The position numbers and the translations under genes were made by a program. DNA of 64,000 nucleotides from Terriglobia bacterium (GTDB lineage Bacteria > Acidobacteriota > Terriglobia > JAIQFV01). Below, one piece after another: positions 21,107 to 31,362 of the stretch. Under the pieces are notes generated by a model. It saw only the letters and a list, made by a program, of their open reading frames with translations, was not told the origin of the DNA and searched no databases. Each line of letters begins with the position of its first letter. Within the stretch, counting starts at the first letter, position 1. Location: assembly GCA_020072965.1 (NCBI GenBank), contig JAIQFY010000010.1, positions 108,243 through 172,242 of the forward strand, read 5' to 3'.

Positions 21107-21838
21107 CTATCGCTTCCCGCCGCGACGCTTCAAAAAGAAGTCAATCAGTTCGGATGAGGAATTGTCCATCTCAACAGCGAAGGCTTCCACCTTGCCAGTG
21201 AAGTAATTGAATGCCATCACGGCCGGAATTGCCACCAGCAGACCGAATGCGGTGGTCACGAGGGCCTCAGAAATTCCGCCCGCGACTGCCGACAAACCTG
21301 TTGCCTTTTCCGTCGAAATCCCCTTGAAGGCGTTGATGATGCCGACGACCGTTCCGAACAAGCCGACGAAGGGAGAGACTGAACCGATGGTTGCCAGTCC
21401 GGAGAGTCCACGCTTCAGCTCCGCATTCACGATGGCAGCGGAGCGCTGAAGGGCCCGTTTTGACGCATCAATTTCCTCTCCCGGAATTTCTGTGCTCGCT
21501 TGATGGGCCTCGAATTCCTGCAACCCGGTAATGAGTACCTTGGCCAGGTGGCTCTTCTTGTTCTGTTCGCAAACACTGATCGCCTCTTCAATTTTGCCTT
21601 CCTTCAGGCAGCCAGCCACGGCGGGAGCAAAATCACGCGATTGCTTGCGCGCCGAGGAATAAGTAAACCAGCGGTCAATCATCACCCCAATCGACCAGGC
21701 CGACATGATGAAGAGAATCACCACGACGGCTTTTGCAGGAACGCCCATCTGCTTCCACATGCTGACCAGATCAAAGCCCACCTCACCCTGCATGAGCAGG
21801 AGTGCTAACAAATTAAGTTTGGAAAAGACGAGAAGCAT
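21107..21838 (-). CDS. exbB: MotA/TolQ/ExbB proton channel
   Basis: 243 aa, three TM segments, conserved C-terminal half of ExbB/TolQ. Confidence 0.8.
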   Translation of the reverse strand: MLLVFSKLNLLALLLMQGEVGFDLVSMWKQMGVPAKAVVVILFIMSAWSIGVMIDRWFTYSSARKQSRDFAPAVAGCLKEGKIEEAISVCEQNKKSHLAKVLITGLQEFEAHQASTEIPGEEIDASKRALQRSAAIVNAELKRGLSGLATIGSVSPFVGLFGTVVGIINAFKGISTEKATGLSAVAGGISEALVTTAFGLLVAIPAVMAFNYFTGKVEAFAVEMDNSSSELIDFFLKRRGGKR

Positions 21839-21949
21839 AAATTAACCTTCCTCCTAAGGATAGTTAAGAACGATTGGTTGTTGAGCGCCCGCTCCGCGCA
21901 CCTCCCTCGTTCGGGCTGCGATGCGCGAAACAAGCGGCGATTCCCTTTC

Positions 21950-22708
21950 CTAACCACCGGTCAGGGAGAAATTTACGGTAATGGTGGTGATGACCTCGAC
22001 CGGTTCTCCATTCAGCAGGGTCGGCCGGTACCGCCACTGCTTGACCGCGTCCAAGGCCGACTGGACGAGCAGAGGATGTCCCTGGATCACGGTGAGATTC
22101 TCCACCGTCCCTTGTTTGGAGATGACGGCTTCCAGGACCACGGATCCCTGAATGCGGGCCGACTTCGCCAGAGGGGGATACGCCGGCCGGGGCGACGAGA
22201 TCAAATTCGCCTGCTGGACATTTCCACCCACCCGAATCCGCTGCACCGGCTTGGGAGCCTCGATCTTGGGAGGCGGCGGGGGCGGGGCCGAGGCGCTCTT
22301 GGAGATCAGTCCCCCGATCACGCCTCCGACCGAACCTCCGACCATACCACCTTCAACACCCCCGACCACACCGCCCGTACTCGGCGGGGGCGGGGCGTCT
22401 TCCACAATCTTTGCTATTTCTTTAGGGATCTCCTTCGGCGTTTGAAGCTGTCCCTCAACAATCTGCGAAACAATCTTCTGCACCTTCACCATGGTGGCAG
22501 CCGGTGGTGGAGGGGGCGGGGGCGGCGGCGGCGGGGCCGTCAACAGGAAGGTCAACAGTTGTTGTTTAGGCAGTGCTTCGGTGTATATCAGTGGGATAAG
22601 GATCAAGATCGCAATCACCACTGTGTGAATTACCATCGACAGGACAACCGTAACGGGTTTTTTCGTCGCCTCAGTGGTTCCCCCCGATTCGACGAGATGC
22701 TCAAACAT
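21950..22708 (-). CDS. tonB: Energy transducer TonB
   Basis: N-terminal TM anchor, long poly-proline spacer (PPPPPPPPPPP... and PPPPPPK), C-terminal TonB domain (RPAYPPLAKSARIQGSVVLEAVI...GEPV). Confidence 0.75.
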   Translation of the reverse strand: MFEHLVESGGTTEATKKPVTVVLSMVIHTVVIAILILIPLIYTEALPKQQLLTFLLTAPPPPPPPPPPPAATMVKVQKIVSQIVEGQLQTPKEIPKEIAKIVEDAPPPPSTGGVVGGVEGGMVGGSVGGVIGGLISKSASAPPPPPPKIEAPKPVQRIRVGGNVQQANLISSPRPAYPPLAKSARIQGSVVLEAVISKQGTVENLTVIQGHPLLVQSALDAVKQWRYRPTLLNGEPVEVITTITVNFSLTGG

Positions 22709-22737
22709 GCGGTCTCCCTCCCTTCAAATCAAAAAAT

Positions 22738-22755
22738 ACACACAAAATAATGTGT
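22738..22755. promoter_or_regulatory. Candidate operator palindrome upstream of tonB
   Basis: ACACAcaaaataaTGTGT inverted repeat about 20 nt upstream of the tonB RBS. Function unknown. Confidence 0.15.
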
Positions 22756-23084
22756 CCTAACAAAAAAAGTTCAAAGACAGCGCCCGTCTCGAACCAGGGG
22801 ACGGGTGATGCATCGAACGGCACAACCTATGATTACAGCAGTATGGAGTCTCTTCTAGGCCTTGGAAAACAAAATCGTATAGGTATGCTTCGAGGAAACC
22901 TGACTTCGCGAATGAATATGGTGCTGGAACAACCGTCTGAGATTTCAAATCGTATGCCTTTCAATTTGGCTTGTCAATCGAGTTCTCCTCCGGCCGGGCA
23001 GCCACCCCGACCCGATCTCTTTCTACCCCCCTTGCCCTCTCGACCCCCCGGAAAGGAGCCGTCATATCGGTTTCTATTTCCGCG

Positions 23085-24290
23085 TTACCGAGCCGCCGCG
23101 GCCGCCTTGACAGCCTGCTTCCTCCCGGCCCGATATTCCACCCACCCCAAAACAATAGGGGCCGCTATGGCGATGGAGGAGTAGGTCCCGATCAAGATGC
23201 CCACAACGAGGCAGAAGGCAAAACCGTGAATCACTTCACCTCCAAAAAGGAACAACGACATCACCGTCAGGAAAGTCAGCCCTGAGGTCAGAATCGTTCG
23301 GCTCAGCGTCTGATTGATCGACAGATTGACGATTCGCGCCAGGGGCTCGCGCCGCATGAGCTTCACATTCTCGCGAATCCGGTCAAACACCACGATGGTG
23401 TCGTTCATGGAATAACCAATCAGGGTCAAGAACCCCGCGATCACCGTCAAGGTGATTTCCTTGTTAAACAAGGAAAAGAAACCAATGGTGATGATGACAT
23501 CATGAAACGTGGCGATGACGGCGGCCACGCCATAAATTGTCTCAAACCGGAAAGCAATATAGATCAGCATTCCTGCCAGCGCGTATAAGGAAGCCTGCAA
23601 TGCCTGCCGGCGCAAGTCTTTCCCTACCTTGGGCCCTACCACCTCTGAGCCCCCAACGGCGTAATCAGAAAGATAGAAGCTATTGCTGAGGGCCCCGGCC
23701 AACTCCCTGCTGATGCCCGCTCCTGAGACCAACTCATCCATCGAAGCGACCAACCCGCCGTGCAAATCCCTGTACTTGATGATCCGATCTGCCGCATCCT
23801 TGTAAAATTCCTGAGCTTGAGTTTGCCCCTTGGAAGGCGCCATCTTCAGCGGATCCAAGGCGATCATCCGGTCCGCGAAGGTGGCCGGCCCCACATTGTT
23901 CAAATCCAGCTTGCCCTCCGCCGCGGGAGTACTCGGATAAATGGCTTTCAAAGTCGCCAGAATGCCCTGCCTGCCGCTATCGATATCCTGCTGAGACTCA
24001 CCCGAGAGGTCGAGGCCAATCATCACTCCATGGTTTGTCTGCAGGCCGAACTGCTGTATTGAATTCTCTCCCGTCACCCGCCGTTTCAATTCAGTTCGGA
24101 TTCGTTCAATGGGGGGCTGGTCTTTGAATTTGACAACAACATTCGTCCCACCCCGAAAATCGATGCCGTACCGGGGACCGCCTCTCACGATAAGCGAAAT
24201 GATCCCTGCCACACTCAGGACCAAGGAGAGACCGATTAAAACCCACTTGTACTTGAGAAAATCAAAATTTGGATTGTGAAAAAATTCCAT
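23085..24290 (-). CDS. secF: Protein translocase subunit SecF
   Basis: 401 aa, SecD/SecF family membrane topology with an extended periplasmic loop. Confidence 0.85.
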   Translation of the reverse strand: MEFFHNPNFDFLKYKWVLIGLSLVLSVAGIISLIVRGGPRYGIDFRGGTNVVVKFKDQPPIERIRTELKRRVTGENSIQQFGLQTNHGVMIGLDLSGESQQDIDSGRQGILATLKAIYPSTPAAEGKLDLNNVGPATFADRMIALDPLKMAPSKGQTQAQEFYKDAADRIIKYRDLHGGLVASMDELVSGAGISRELAGALSNSFYLSDYAVGGSEVVGPKVGKDLRRQALQASLYALAGMLIYIAFRFETIYGVAAVIATFHDVIITIGFFSLFNKEITLTVIAGFLTLIGYSMNDTIVVFDRIRENVKLMRREPLARIVNLSINQTLSRTILTSGLTFLTVMSLFLFGGEVIHGFAFCLVVGILIGTYSSIAIAAPIVLGWVEYRAGRKQAVKAAAAAR

Positions 24291-24397
24291 CGGGCCTCAG
24301 ACTCCTTCGCCGGTCGAGCTTCCAAACTTCGATCATCTCATTGAAGTTAGACACCGATCAAAATCTGGAAGTTCCAAAATTTTCAAAGATTAACAAC

Positions 24398-26014
24398 CTA
24401 AATACTCAAGGTGGCACCGCGCGGCTGATTGCTGACGTGCCAGTCAAAAATCAACCGGGACACATAGACTGCTGTAAACACATTGGCGGCCAGTCCGACC
24501 GTCAGGGTGACGGCGAAACCTTTGACGGGGCCGGTCCCGAACAAAAACAGGAAAAGTGCAGAAACGATGGTGGTTACATGGGTATCGATGATTGTCCGGA
24601 AGGCATTGCCGAAACCGCGGTCAATTGCCGACACGACGTTCTTTCCCAGGCGTAGCTCCTCGCGAATGCGCTCAAAAACGAGAACATTCGAGTCCACCGC
24701 CATGCCGATGGTCAAAATTACCCCCGCAATCCCGGGCAAGGTCAGGGTAGCTCCAAAGTAAGCCAGGGCAGCAAGAAGAATAATCAGATTGAAGAACAAA
24801 GCTGTCACCGCGTTGACACCGGACAATTTGTAATAAATCACCATGAAAATGACCACTAAAACAAGCCCTACGATCGACGCCAGGATGCCCTCGCGAATGG
24901 AGTCGTTGCCGAGCGAAGGACCCACAGTGGCCTTTTGAAGGTACTTCAGACTTGCCGGCAAGGCGCCCGAGCGCAACACCAGGGCCAACTCTTCGGCCTG
25001 GACCTGACTGAAGTTGCCGGTAATCTGGCCGGAGTCGCTGATCTGGCTTTGTATTTCAGGAGCGGATTGAATCTTGCGGTCAAGAACAATGGCAAGCTGT
25101 TTGTGCAGATTTTGCTGGGTGACCTGGGAGAATCGAACCGCACCGGCATTGTTCAATGTGAACCCCACCGCGGGCCGACCATTCTCGTCCAATTGAGGTC
25201 GAGCACCCTTCAGGTCGCGGCCTGTGATCGAGGCGATGCGATCGACGTAGTAATATTGTTCTGACGAGGGTTGGCCCGGTGCGGACTTCTCCACCGATTT
25301 CAACAGTTCCATGTCGGGAGGGACCGTGTTTCCGTGAGCCGCCATTGCCGCCTGCTGCGTAGGGAACGGGCCATCCTTGACGATTTTCAACTCCAGGATC
25401 GCGGGTTGGCCGATTACGCGGTCCACCTTCTCGGGATCATCCACCCCCGGCAGTTGGACCAGAACTTCGTAGGAACCTGCGGACCGTTCTTGAATGACGG
25501 GTTCAGTGACTCCCAGGGCATCGATCCGGTTGCGAAGCGTCTGTACCGTTTGCTTCACGGCTTCCGAGCGCAGCTCGGATCCCACCGACGGCTTCATCCC
25601 CAGGGTAAAGCCGCTGACATCGCCTGCCAATGAAGAGAGGTCCCAGGAAACAGCAAATTTGTCGTTAAACATTTCCCGGAAGTCGGCGGCGCGCGAGGAG
25701 TCAATCCCCCGGACCTCGATGTGGTCCAGATCGCGTTTTCGCAGATCGGCCGAGGTGATTTGGCGGTTCAATAGCTCGGTCCGAATCAATTCGATGGTCT
25801 GATCCGTCTCGGCATTGAGGGCATCATCCGTCATGACCTGGATGATGAGATAGGTGCCGCCTTTCAGATCCAGGCCGAGGTGGATCCGCTCAGTGAAATT
25901 CTGTTTGATTGCGCTCCACGATACCGGGGCGTGGGGATACCCGATGAAGCCATAGAGGCAGCCAACGATGATCAAACCGTAAATAAGGGCTTTCCATTTC
26001 AAATTCTTGTCCAT
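24398..26014 (-). CDS. secD: Protein translocase subunit SecD
   Basis: 538 aa, SecD family. Confidence 0.9.
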   Translation of the reverse strand: MDKNLKWKALIYGLIIVGCLYGFIGYPHAPVSWSAIKQNFTERIHLGLDLKGGTYLIIQVMTDDALNAETDQTIELIRTELLNRQITSADLRKRDLDHIEVRGIDSSRAADFREMFNDKFAVSWDLSSLAGDVSGFTLGMKPSVGSELRSEAVKQTVQTLRNRIDALGVTEPVIQERSAGSYEVLVQLPGVDDPEKVDRVIGQPAILELKIVKDGPFPTQQAAMAAHGNTVPPDMELLKSVEKSAPGQPSSEQYYYVDRIASITGRDLKGARPQLDENGRPAVGFTLNNAGAVRFSQVTQQNLHKQLAIVLDRKIQSAPEIQSQISDSGQITGNFSQVQAEELALVLRSGALPASLKYLQKATVGPSLGNDSIREGILASIVGLVLVVIFMVIYYKLSGVNAVTALFFNLIILLAALAYFGATLTLPGIAGVILTIGMAVDSNVLVFERIREELRLGKNVVSAIDRGFGNAFRTIIDTHVTTIVSALFLFLFGTGPVKGFAVTLTVGLAANVFTAVYVSRLIFDWHVSNQPRGATLSI

Positions 26015-26187
26015 GGGGCAATCATACCTTCCCGTTATAATCTCTTGAACTCTCGAAGCTCAACTTCCGACTTACTTTAACCTCGCAGGAACACTAATCC
26101 ATTGTCCTTGACTCGAGCTGTTCTGCGCGTCGGGGGGGGTGACTCTTGAAGCCTGACGCCCGGTGCTGTGGGCGGTCCACTGTCCAA

Positions 26188-26508
26188 TTACTCCTGGGCA
26201 TCCTCGGGAGATTGCTTGCCCACCACCGCACTCTTGAGCATGCGCACTTTCACCTGATCGGCCACGCGAAGCGACACCGTGCTATCGTCCAAGCTCACGA
26301 TGGTTCCATACATTCCGCCCGAAGTAATCACCTTGTCGCCGGACTTGAGGTTTGAGAGCATTTCGCGGGTTTTCTTTTGCCGTCGCTGCGCGGGGAGGAT
26401 GAGGAGGAAGTAAAAAATAAAGCCAATTGCGATCAGTGGGAGAAAACCAACTAACGTAGAACTACCGCCTGACGCTTGGGCCAGTAAATTCAAAATCGCA
26501 CTACTCAA
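26188..26508 (-). CDS. yajC: Preprotein translocase subunit YajC
   Basis: 106 aa, single TM, YajC signature LKSGDKVITSGGMYGTIVSLDD. Confidence 0.8.
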   Translation of the reverse strand: MSSAILNLLAQASGGSSTLVGFLPLIAIGFIFYFLLILPAQRRQKKTREMLSNLKSGDKVITSGGMYGTIVSLDDSTVSLRVADQVKVRMLKSAVVGKQSPEDAQE

Positions 26509-26640
26509 TGGGCATTCCTCAAGTCAGATGGGATTTGGGATTTCAAACAGGACTGTTTCGGGTCGTGTGCGGGTAATGCGCTTCGCAGCCAATCCCGGGG
26601 CGGAACCTGTCGTCTCCCCCGAAACGGGAACAGCGGAACT

Positions 26641-27789
26641 TCAATCCGACGTCCCTGATTGTCTCCACTCCGACAGGAATTGCGTCGCGAACTCTGCGAA
26701 GCGAGAAGACGCAATAGATTGCCTGATTCGCTCCATAGTGTCAAGATAAAAGTAGAGGTTATGGTAGGTGTTGAGCACTGCCGAGAGTACTTCATTTTGA
26801 TGGTAAAGGTGGCGCAAATAGGCCCGAGAATATCTCTTGCAGACGAAACATCCACACCGCTCGTCGATCGGTTTTTCGCTCTCCTTATGGACCTCATTTT
26901 TGATGACAATATGCCCGTCGTGGGTGAACAGCCACCCATTCCGGGCATTCCGCGTGGGCAAAACACAATCGAACATATCGATACCACGGCGGACACCTTC
27001 GACCAAGTCTGCAGGGGTTCCCACCCCCATCAGGTACCGGGGGCGATCCCAAGGCAGAAACGGAGTTGTGGCTTCAACCATTTCAAACATTTTCTCTTTT
27101 GATTCTCCGACGCTGAGCCCTCCGATGGCATACCCGGGAAATTCCATCGCGAGCAACCGGTCCACGCAATCCTTGCGCAAATCGGCATAAACGCTGCCTT
27201 GGACGATGCCGAACAAGGCCTGGTTTGCCCTCTCATCGGATTGCTGGCGCCCGGCGAGGTAATTCCTACATCGTTCGGCCCAACGCACCGTCATCAGCAT
27301 CGATTGTTTGGCATGTTCGTGAGGGCAGGGAAAGGGAGTGCACTCATCAAAGCACATGATAATGTCAGATCCGAGGTTCATTTGGACTTCTACGGAGCGT
27401 TCCGGCGAGAAAAAATGGGATGAGCCATCATAGTGAGATCGGAAGCGAACCCCCTCCTCGGTTATTTCCCGCAAGTCGCTCATTGAAAAGACCTGGAATC
27501 CCCCGCTGTCGGTCAGCAGGACTCGCGGCCAGGAAATGAACTGGTGGAGCCCTCCCATTTGGCGAATGAGGTCATCGCCGGGACGCAGATACAAATGGTA
27601 GGTGTTGGCCAGAATGACCCGGACATCCAGCTCTTCGAGCTGTTCCTGTGTGAGCGCCTTCACGGTCCCCGCCGTGCCCACCGGCATGAACACGGGCGTT
27701 TCGATCTCCCCGTGAGGCGTGGTGATTCTTCCCAGGCGCGACGCGCCGTCCATGTGGAGGATTTCAAAACTAAACTTGTGCGGCATCAA
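26641..27789 (-). CDS. tgt: Queuine tRNA-ribosyltransferase (tRNA-guanine transglycosylase)
   Basis: 382 aa, Tgt family including Zn site CCFVCKRYSRAYLRHL. Classic tgt-yajC-secD-secF order. Confidence 0.9.
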   Translation of the reverse strand: MMPHKFSFEILHMDGASRLGRITTPHGEIETPVFMPVGTAGTVKALTQEQLEELDVRVILANTYHLYLRPGDDLIRQMGGLHQFISWPRVLLTDSGGFQVFSMSDLREITEEGVRFRSHYDGSSHFFSPERSVEVQMNLGSDIIMCFDECTPFPCPHEHAKQSMLMTVRWAERCRNYLAGRQQSDERANQALFGIVQGSVYADLRKDCVDRLLAMEFPGYAIGGLSVGESKEKMFEMVEATTPFLPWDRPRYLMGVGTPADLVEGVRRGIDMFDCVLPTRNARNGWLFTHDGHIVIKNEVHKESEKPIDERCGCFVCKRYSRAYLRHLYHQNEVLSAVLNTYHNLYFYLDTMERIRQSIASSRFAEFATQFLSEWRQSGTSD

Positions 27790-27978
27790 ATGGACCTACG
27801 CTCTCCACCTACCCTAGCATTCAAATCGCATACGCTTTGCGGGATTGGTGTCCGGCTATCAAGGTGAAGTTTCGGGGCGGTGTCTCCACCATACTACTCT
27901 TCCACGAAAAAGCGCTCCTGTTCGAGGAGCGCTTTTTGATTCCTGCTGCACGAAGGAGTGTCCAAGCAGACAATCGAG

Positions 27979-28716
27979 TCATTTCTTAAAAGAAGCAGAT
28001 ACGACCACGAATAATGTAAATATCCCCCACAAGATAATAGGTCCAATCAGGGCCTTCTTGAAGGCGAGTTTCTTTGACACTGCTACCAATCCGATTCCCA
28101 AGACAATGATATACCACACCCAAAAGAGATCGAGGGTCTTCCCAAAAGCATGAGCTATCTTATTTTCTGAGGGGAAGAGCCATGCCAAATTGGATAAGAC
28201 TACGTCTGATGGGTCGCCTAATTCAGTGGGCTGTCTTACGAACAGAACAGGGATTGCCAGGAGGGTCCTGAGGGCAAATACCATGTCCGCGTATAAACGC
28301 ACCGAGAACACTTTCTTGAAAGTTGTCTCGGCCCCAAAAATGAAATTGGTTACTGCGAACAGGATCCCGGACGAAATTAGGGCAATAACTGGAGTAAGTA
28401 CAATCGCTCCTGCGTAATAGAATATTTTGGTGACCTTGACTATCGAATTCAGCCGATCTTCCGGCGGTTCAGGTTGCCCTGCCCGCTGAATCTGATCAAG
28501 CATCAATCCACCCACGTCGACCTTCAAGAAATAAACATAGACCGCAACTACTCCAAGAACCAGAAGGAGAACCAGGGGCACAATCCAGTCCGGCTTGCGG
28601 TTGATGTCTTCAAAAGTAGCTTTCGGGGAAAAGAACACTCCAATGATTCGTTCCAAGGGGCTCTTTGTTGGTTCCGCTGAAACAGGTGATGTGCTACCCG
28701 GAATTTCCTGACTCAT
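27979..28716 (-). CDS. Yip1-domain family membrane protein
   Basis: 245 aa, five predicted TM helices, Yip1-like. Confidence 0.55.
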   Translation of the reverse strand: MSQEIPGSTSPVSAEPTKSPLERIIGVFFSPKATFEDINRKPDWIVPLVLLLVLGVVAVYVYFLKVDVGGLMLDQIQRAGQPEPPEDRLNSIVKVTKIFYYAGAIVLTPVIALISSGILFAVTNFIFGAETTFKKVFSVRLYADMVFALRTLLAIPVLFVRQPTELGDPSDVVLSNLAWLFPSENKIAHAFGKTLDLFWVWYIIVLGIGLVAVSKKLAFKKALIGPIILWGIFTLFVVVSASFKK

Positions 28717-28755
28717 AGAACTCTCCTTTTGAGATTTTTATTTCACCAAACATTT

Positions 28756-29760
28756 TTACTTAATCGCGAGTTGGGCGGCGTCTTTGAACTTGAAGCAGGC
28801 CGACCAATGGGTCGCCGAAATTGTTTCCCGGGGAGGTTCGCCCGCCGCGCAGGCGGCATCGGCAATCGGGCACCGAGGATGAAATCGACAACCACTGGGA
28901 ACCTTGACCGCGGAAGGTATCTCCCCTCGTAGTACGAGCCGGCTTGATTTTGGTTTCGGGTCAGGTTCCGGAACCGCCGAGAGCAACGCTCTCGTGTAGG
29001 GATGCGCGCTCCGGGTGAAGACTTCCTCGGTGGTTCCCTCTTCCACGATCTTCCCGAGATACATGACGGCAATCCGGTCGCACAGGTGTGCCACGACGGG
29101 AAGGCTGTGAGAGATGAAAAGGAAGGTGAGCTGAAACTGATCCCTCAAGTCGGCAAGTAAATTGAGGATCTGGGCCTGGACCGAGACATCGAGGGAGGAG
29201 ACCGGCTCGTCGGCGACAATAAACTTGGGCTTGAGCGCAATGGCGCGCGCGATGGCAATGCGCTGCCGCTGGCCTCCGCTGAATTCGTGCGGAAAGCGAT
29301 CCAGCACATCCGGCTCGAGCCCCACCGTCTCCAGCAACACTCTCAAGCGTTCCTCGATTTCCGTTTTCTTGCAGATGTGATGGACAATAAACGGCTCGGC
29401 CAGCGTGGTCCGAATGCGCAGACGGGGATTGAGCGAGGAGTAGGGGTCCTGAAAAATGATCTGCATGGATCGACGTTTTCGGCGGAGGCTTTCGCGATCG
29501 AGCGAAAACAGATTCTCAAGATCGAAAATAACCTCTCCCGAGGTGGGTTCAATCAAGCGCAACACCAGTCGCCCTGTGGTCGATTTTCCGCATCCCGACT
29601 CCCCCACCAGCCCAAAAACCTCTCCCCCTTGAATGGAGAAGTTAATGTCGTCCACCGCATGGACAAACTCCTTCCCCCTTCCAAACAACAGGTGGCTGTC
29701 CGCAGGAAAGTACTTCTTCAATTGATTGACTTGAAGCAAAGCATTATTTTCTGCCATCAA
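28756..29760 (-). CDS. ABC transporter ATP-binding protein, oligopeptide/dipeptide (OppF/DppF-type) with C-terminal Opp domain
   Basis: Walker A GESGCGKST, signature LSGGQRQR, Walker B, C-terminal HPYTRALLSAVPEP. No permease or SBP genes adjacent. Confidence 0.85.
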   Translation of the reverse strand: MMAENNALLQVNQLKKYFPADSHLLFGRGKEFVHAVDDINFSIQGGEVFGLVGESGCGKSTTGRLVLRLIEPTSGEVIFDLENLFSLDRESLRRKRRSMQIIFQDPYSSLNPRLRIRTTLAEPFIVHHICKKTEIEERLRVLLETVGLEPDVLDRFPHEFSGGQRQRIAIARAIALKPKFIVADEPVSSLDVSVQAQILNLLADLRDQFQLTFLFISHSLPVVAHLCDRIAVMYLGKIVEEGTTEEVFTRSAHPYTRALLSAVPEPDPKPKSSRLVLRGEIPSAVKVPSGCRFHPRCPIADAACAAGEPPRETISATHWSACFKFKDAAQLAIK

Positions 29761-29855
29761 GGTATATAGTCGCGAATTAGCCTGTTTGTCGCCCTTCTGA
29801 CAATCCGTTTTGACTTACGCGAAGTCCTTCGGTCTTTTCCTGGCACCCTCACAAT

Positions 29856-29928
29856 TGCTCACTGCTCACTGCCCACCGCCCACTGCTCGCTGTCCACCGC
29901 CCACTGCTCGCTGTCCACCGCCCACTTT
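29856..29928. repeat. Tandem 21-mer repeat (CCACCGCCCACTGCTCGCTGT x2.7) preceded by a GCTCACTGCTCACTGC motif
   Basis: Seen directly between the two ABC ATPase genes. A related GCTCACTGCTCACTGC motif recurs at about 33500-33520 downstream of the Smr gene. Confidence 0.6.
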
Positions 29929-29929
29929 C

Positions 29930-30997
29930 CTACCGGCACAAGACACACCGTGCCCAATGTCCTTCTCCGACCGGATACAGCGGGGGATCGAGTCCTTTGC
30001 ACTCCTCCAGTCGAACCGGGCAGCGGGGCTCGAATTTACACCCGGGAGGCAGAGCCAGCAGATTCGGAACTGTTCCGGGGATGGCATCCAATTTCCGCGT
30101 CGGCAGCGTGCCCGGCCGAATCGTCGGGAGGGAGCGCAACAACCCCTGCGTGTAAGGGTGCCGCGGATTTGAGAAAATCTCCGAGACCGGGGACTGTTCC
30201 ACAATTTTTCCTGCATACATCACCGCCACTTCATCTGCCACTGCGGCGATGACTCCCAGATCATGAGAGATAAAGAGCATGGAGAGCGCAAACCGCTCGC
30301 GCATGGACTGGAGCAGTTCCAGGATCTGTGCCTGGACTGTCACGTCCAGCGCCGTCGTGGGCTCATCGGCGATCAGAAGTTGAGGATGACACACCAGGGC
30401 CATCGCAATCATCACGCGCTGACGCAACCCTCCGGAGAGCTGGTGCGGATATTCCCGGGCGCGGCGGGGGGCATCCGGAATAGAAACGGCCTCCATGGCT
30501 TCGATGGCCTGGCTCCAGGCGTCCCGTCGACGCACTTTAGAATGGGCACGGACCGTCTCAGCAATCTGCTCGCCGACAGTGAAGACCGGATCCAGGGCCG
30601 TCGAGGGTTCCTGAAAAACCATGGCAATCTCAGCACCCCGGACCTTGCGCATTTCGCGCTCCGGGATCGAGAGGAGCTCCACGGCCTGCGATGGCGAATT
30701 CTCCGCGGATTTCCCGGGGCTGAAATTTCCACCCAGCTTTCGGGAATGAAACAGAATTCTGCCACGCTCGATGCGTGCCGGCGGCTGCAGCAATCGCAGG
30801 ATCGACAGAGCGGTGACTGTCTTGCCGCATCCGGATTCTCCCACCAGGCCGAGCGTCCGCCGGGCAGAGATCTTAAATGACACGTCATCCACCGCCCGCA
30901 CGGTACCTTCCGGGGTGTCAAACACCGAGCGCAGATTCTCCACGGTAAGAAGATCGGAATTCATTCGGAAGTTGGAAGTATCCTGCCGCGCGTTCAA
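29930..30997 (-). CDS. ABC transporter ATP-binding protein, oligopeptide/dipeptide (OppD/DppD-type)
   Basis: GESGCGKTVT, LSGGLRQR, C-terminal RHPYTQGLLRSLP. Confidence 0.85.
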   Translation of the reverse strand: MNARQDTSNFRMNSDLLTVENLRSVFDTPEGTVRAVDDVSFKISARRTLGLVGESGCGKTVTALSILRLLQPPARIERGRILFHSRKLGGNFSPGKSAENSPSQAVELLSIPEREMRKVRGAEIAMVFQEPSTALDPVFTVGEQIAETVRAHSKVRRRDAWSQAIEAMEAVSIPDAPRRAREYPHQLSGGLRQRVMIAMALVCHPQLLIADEPTTALDVTVQAQILELLQSMRERFALSMLFISHDLGVIAAVADEVAVMYAGKIVEQSPVSEIFSNPRHPYTQGLLRSLPTIRPGTLPTRKLDAIPGTVPNLLALPPGCKFEPRCPVRLEECKGLDPPLYPVGEGHWARCVLCR

Positions 30998-31323
30998 GCG
31001 CAGGAATCACGCGTTATCTTATCGCGAAATGGAAGCCCCGCAAGGGAAATCTCACCTGCAAATGAATCCTGGGTAGCTTACCAATGGAGTCTGTGCCGAC
31101 AAGCGCAAGAAACAATCCATCATTAGGGGGCCAGGAATACAGGAAGGGGAAAACCTTAAATCGGAACAGAATTTGAGATCCCGCAAGGGAGGGCTCTCCG
31201 TCGGCAACCGTTTTCCCGGTTTCCTGGCTTCCTAATAAATTCTGGTCTTGGTTCCGGCTTGTCTGGATAATGGTAATCTCTTATGCATTTCCTGTAGTTT
31301 TTCTGTCTTCATAAATGAATCTT

Positions 31324-31332
31324 TGGTAGAAT
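31324..31332 (+). promoter_or_regulatory. Candidate extended -10 element (TGgTAGAAT) upstream of nuoB
   Basis: AT-rich region 31240-31360. TGnTAGAAT 31 nt upstream of ATG 31363. No clear -35. Confidence 0.2.
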
Positions 31333-31362
31333 CACCCTTCTCTCAAGAAAGAAGAAGAGGAA

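Noticed and set aside
21878-22750. 290-aa plus-strand ORF and 22152..22445
   Set aside because: Antisense to tonB, driven by the poly-Pro (GGN/CCN) tract.
29810-30172. Plus ORF encoding HCPPPTARCPPPTARCPPPT
   Set aside because: Artifact of the 21-mer tandem DNA repeat. It overlaps the 3-prime end of the ABC ATPase gene on the other strand.
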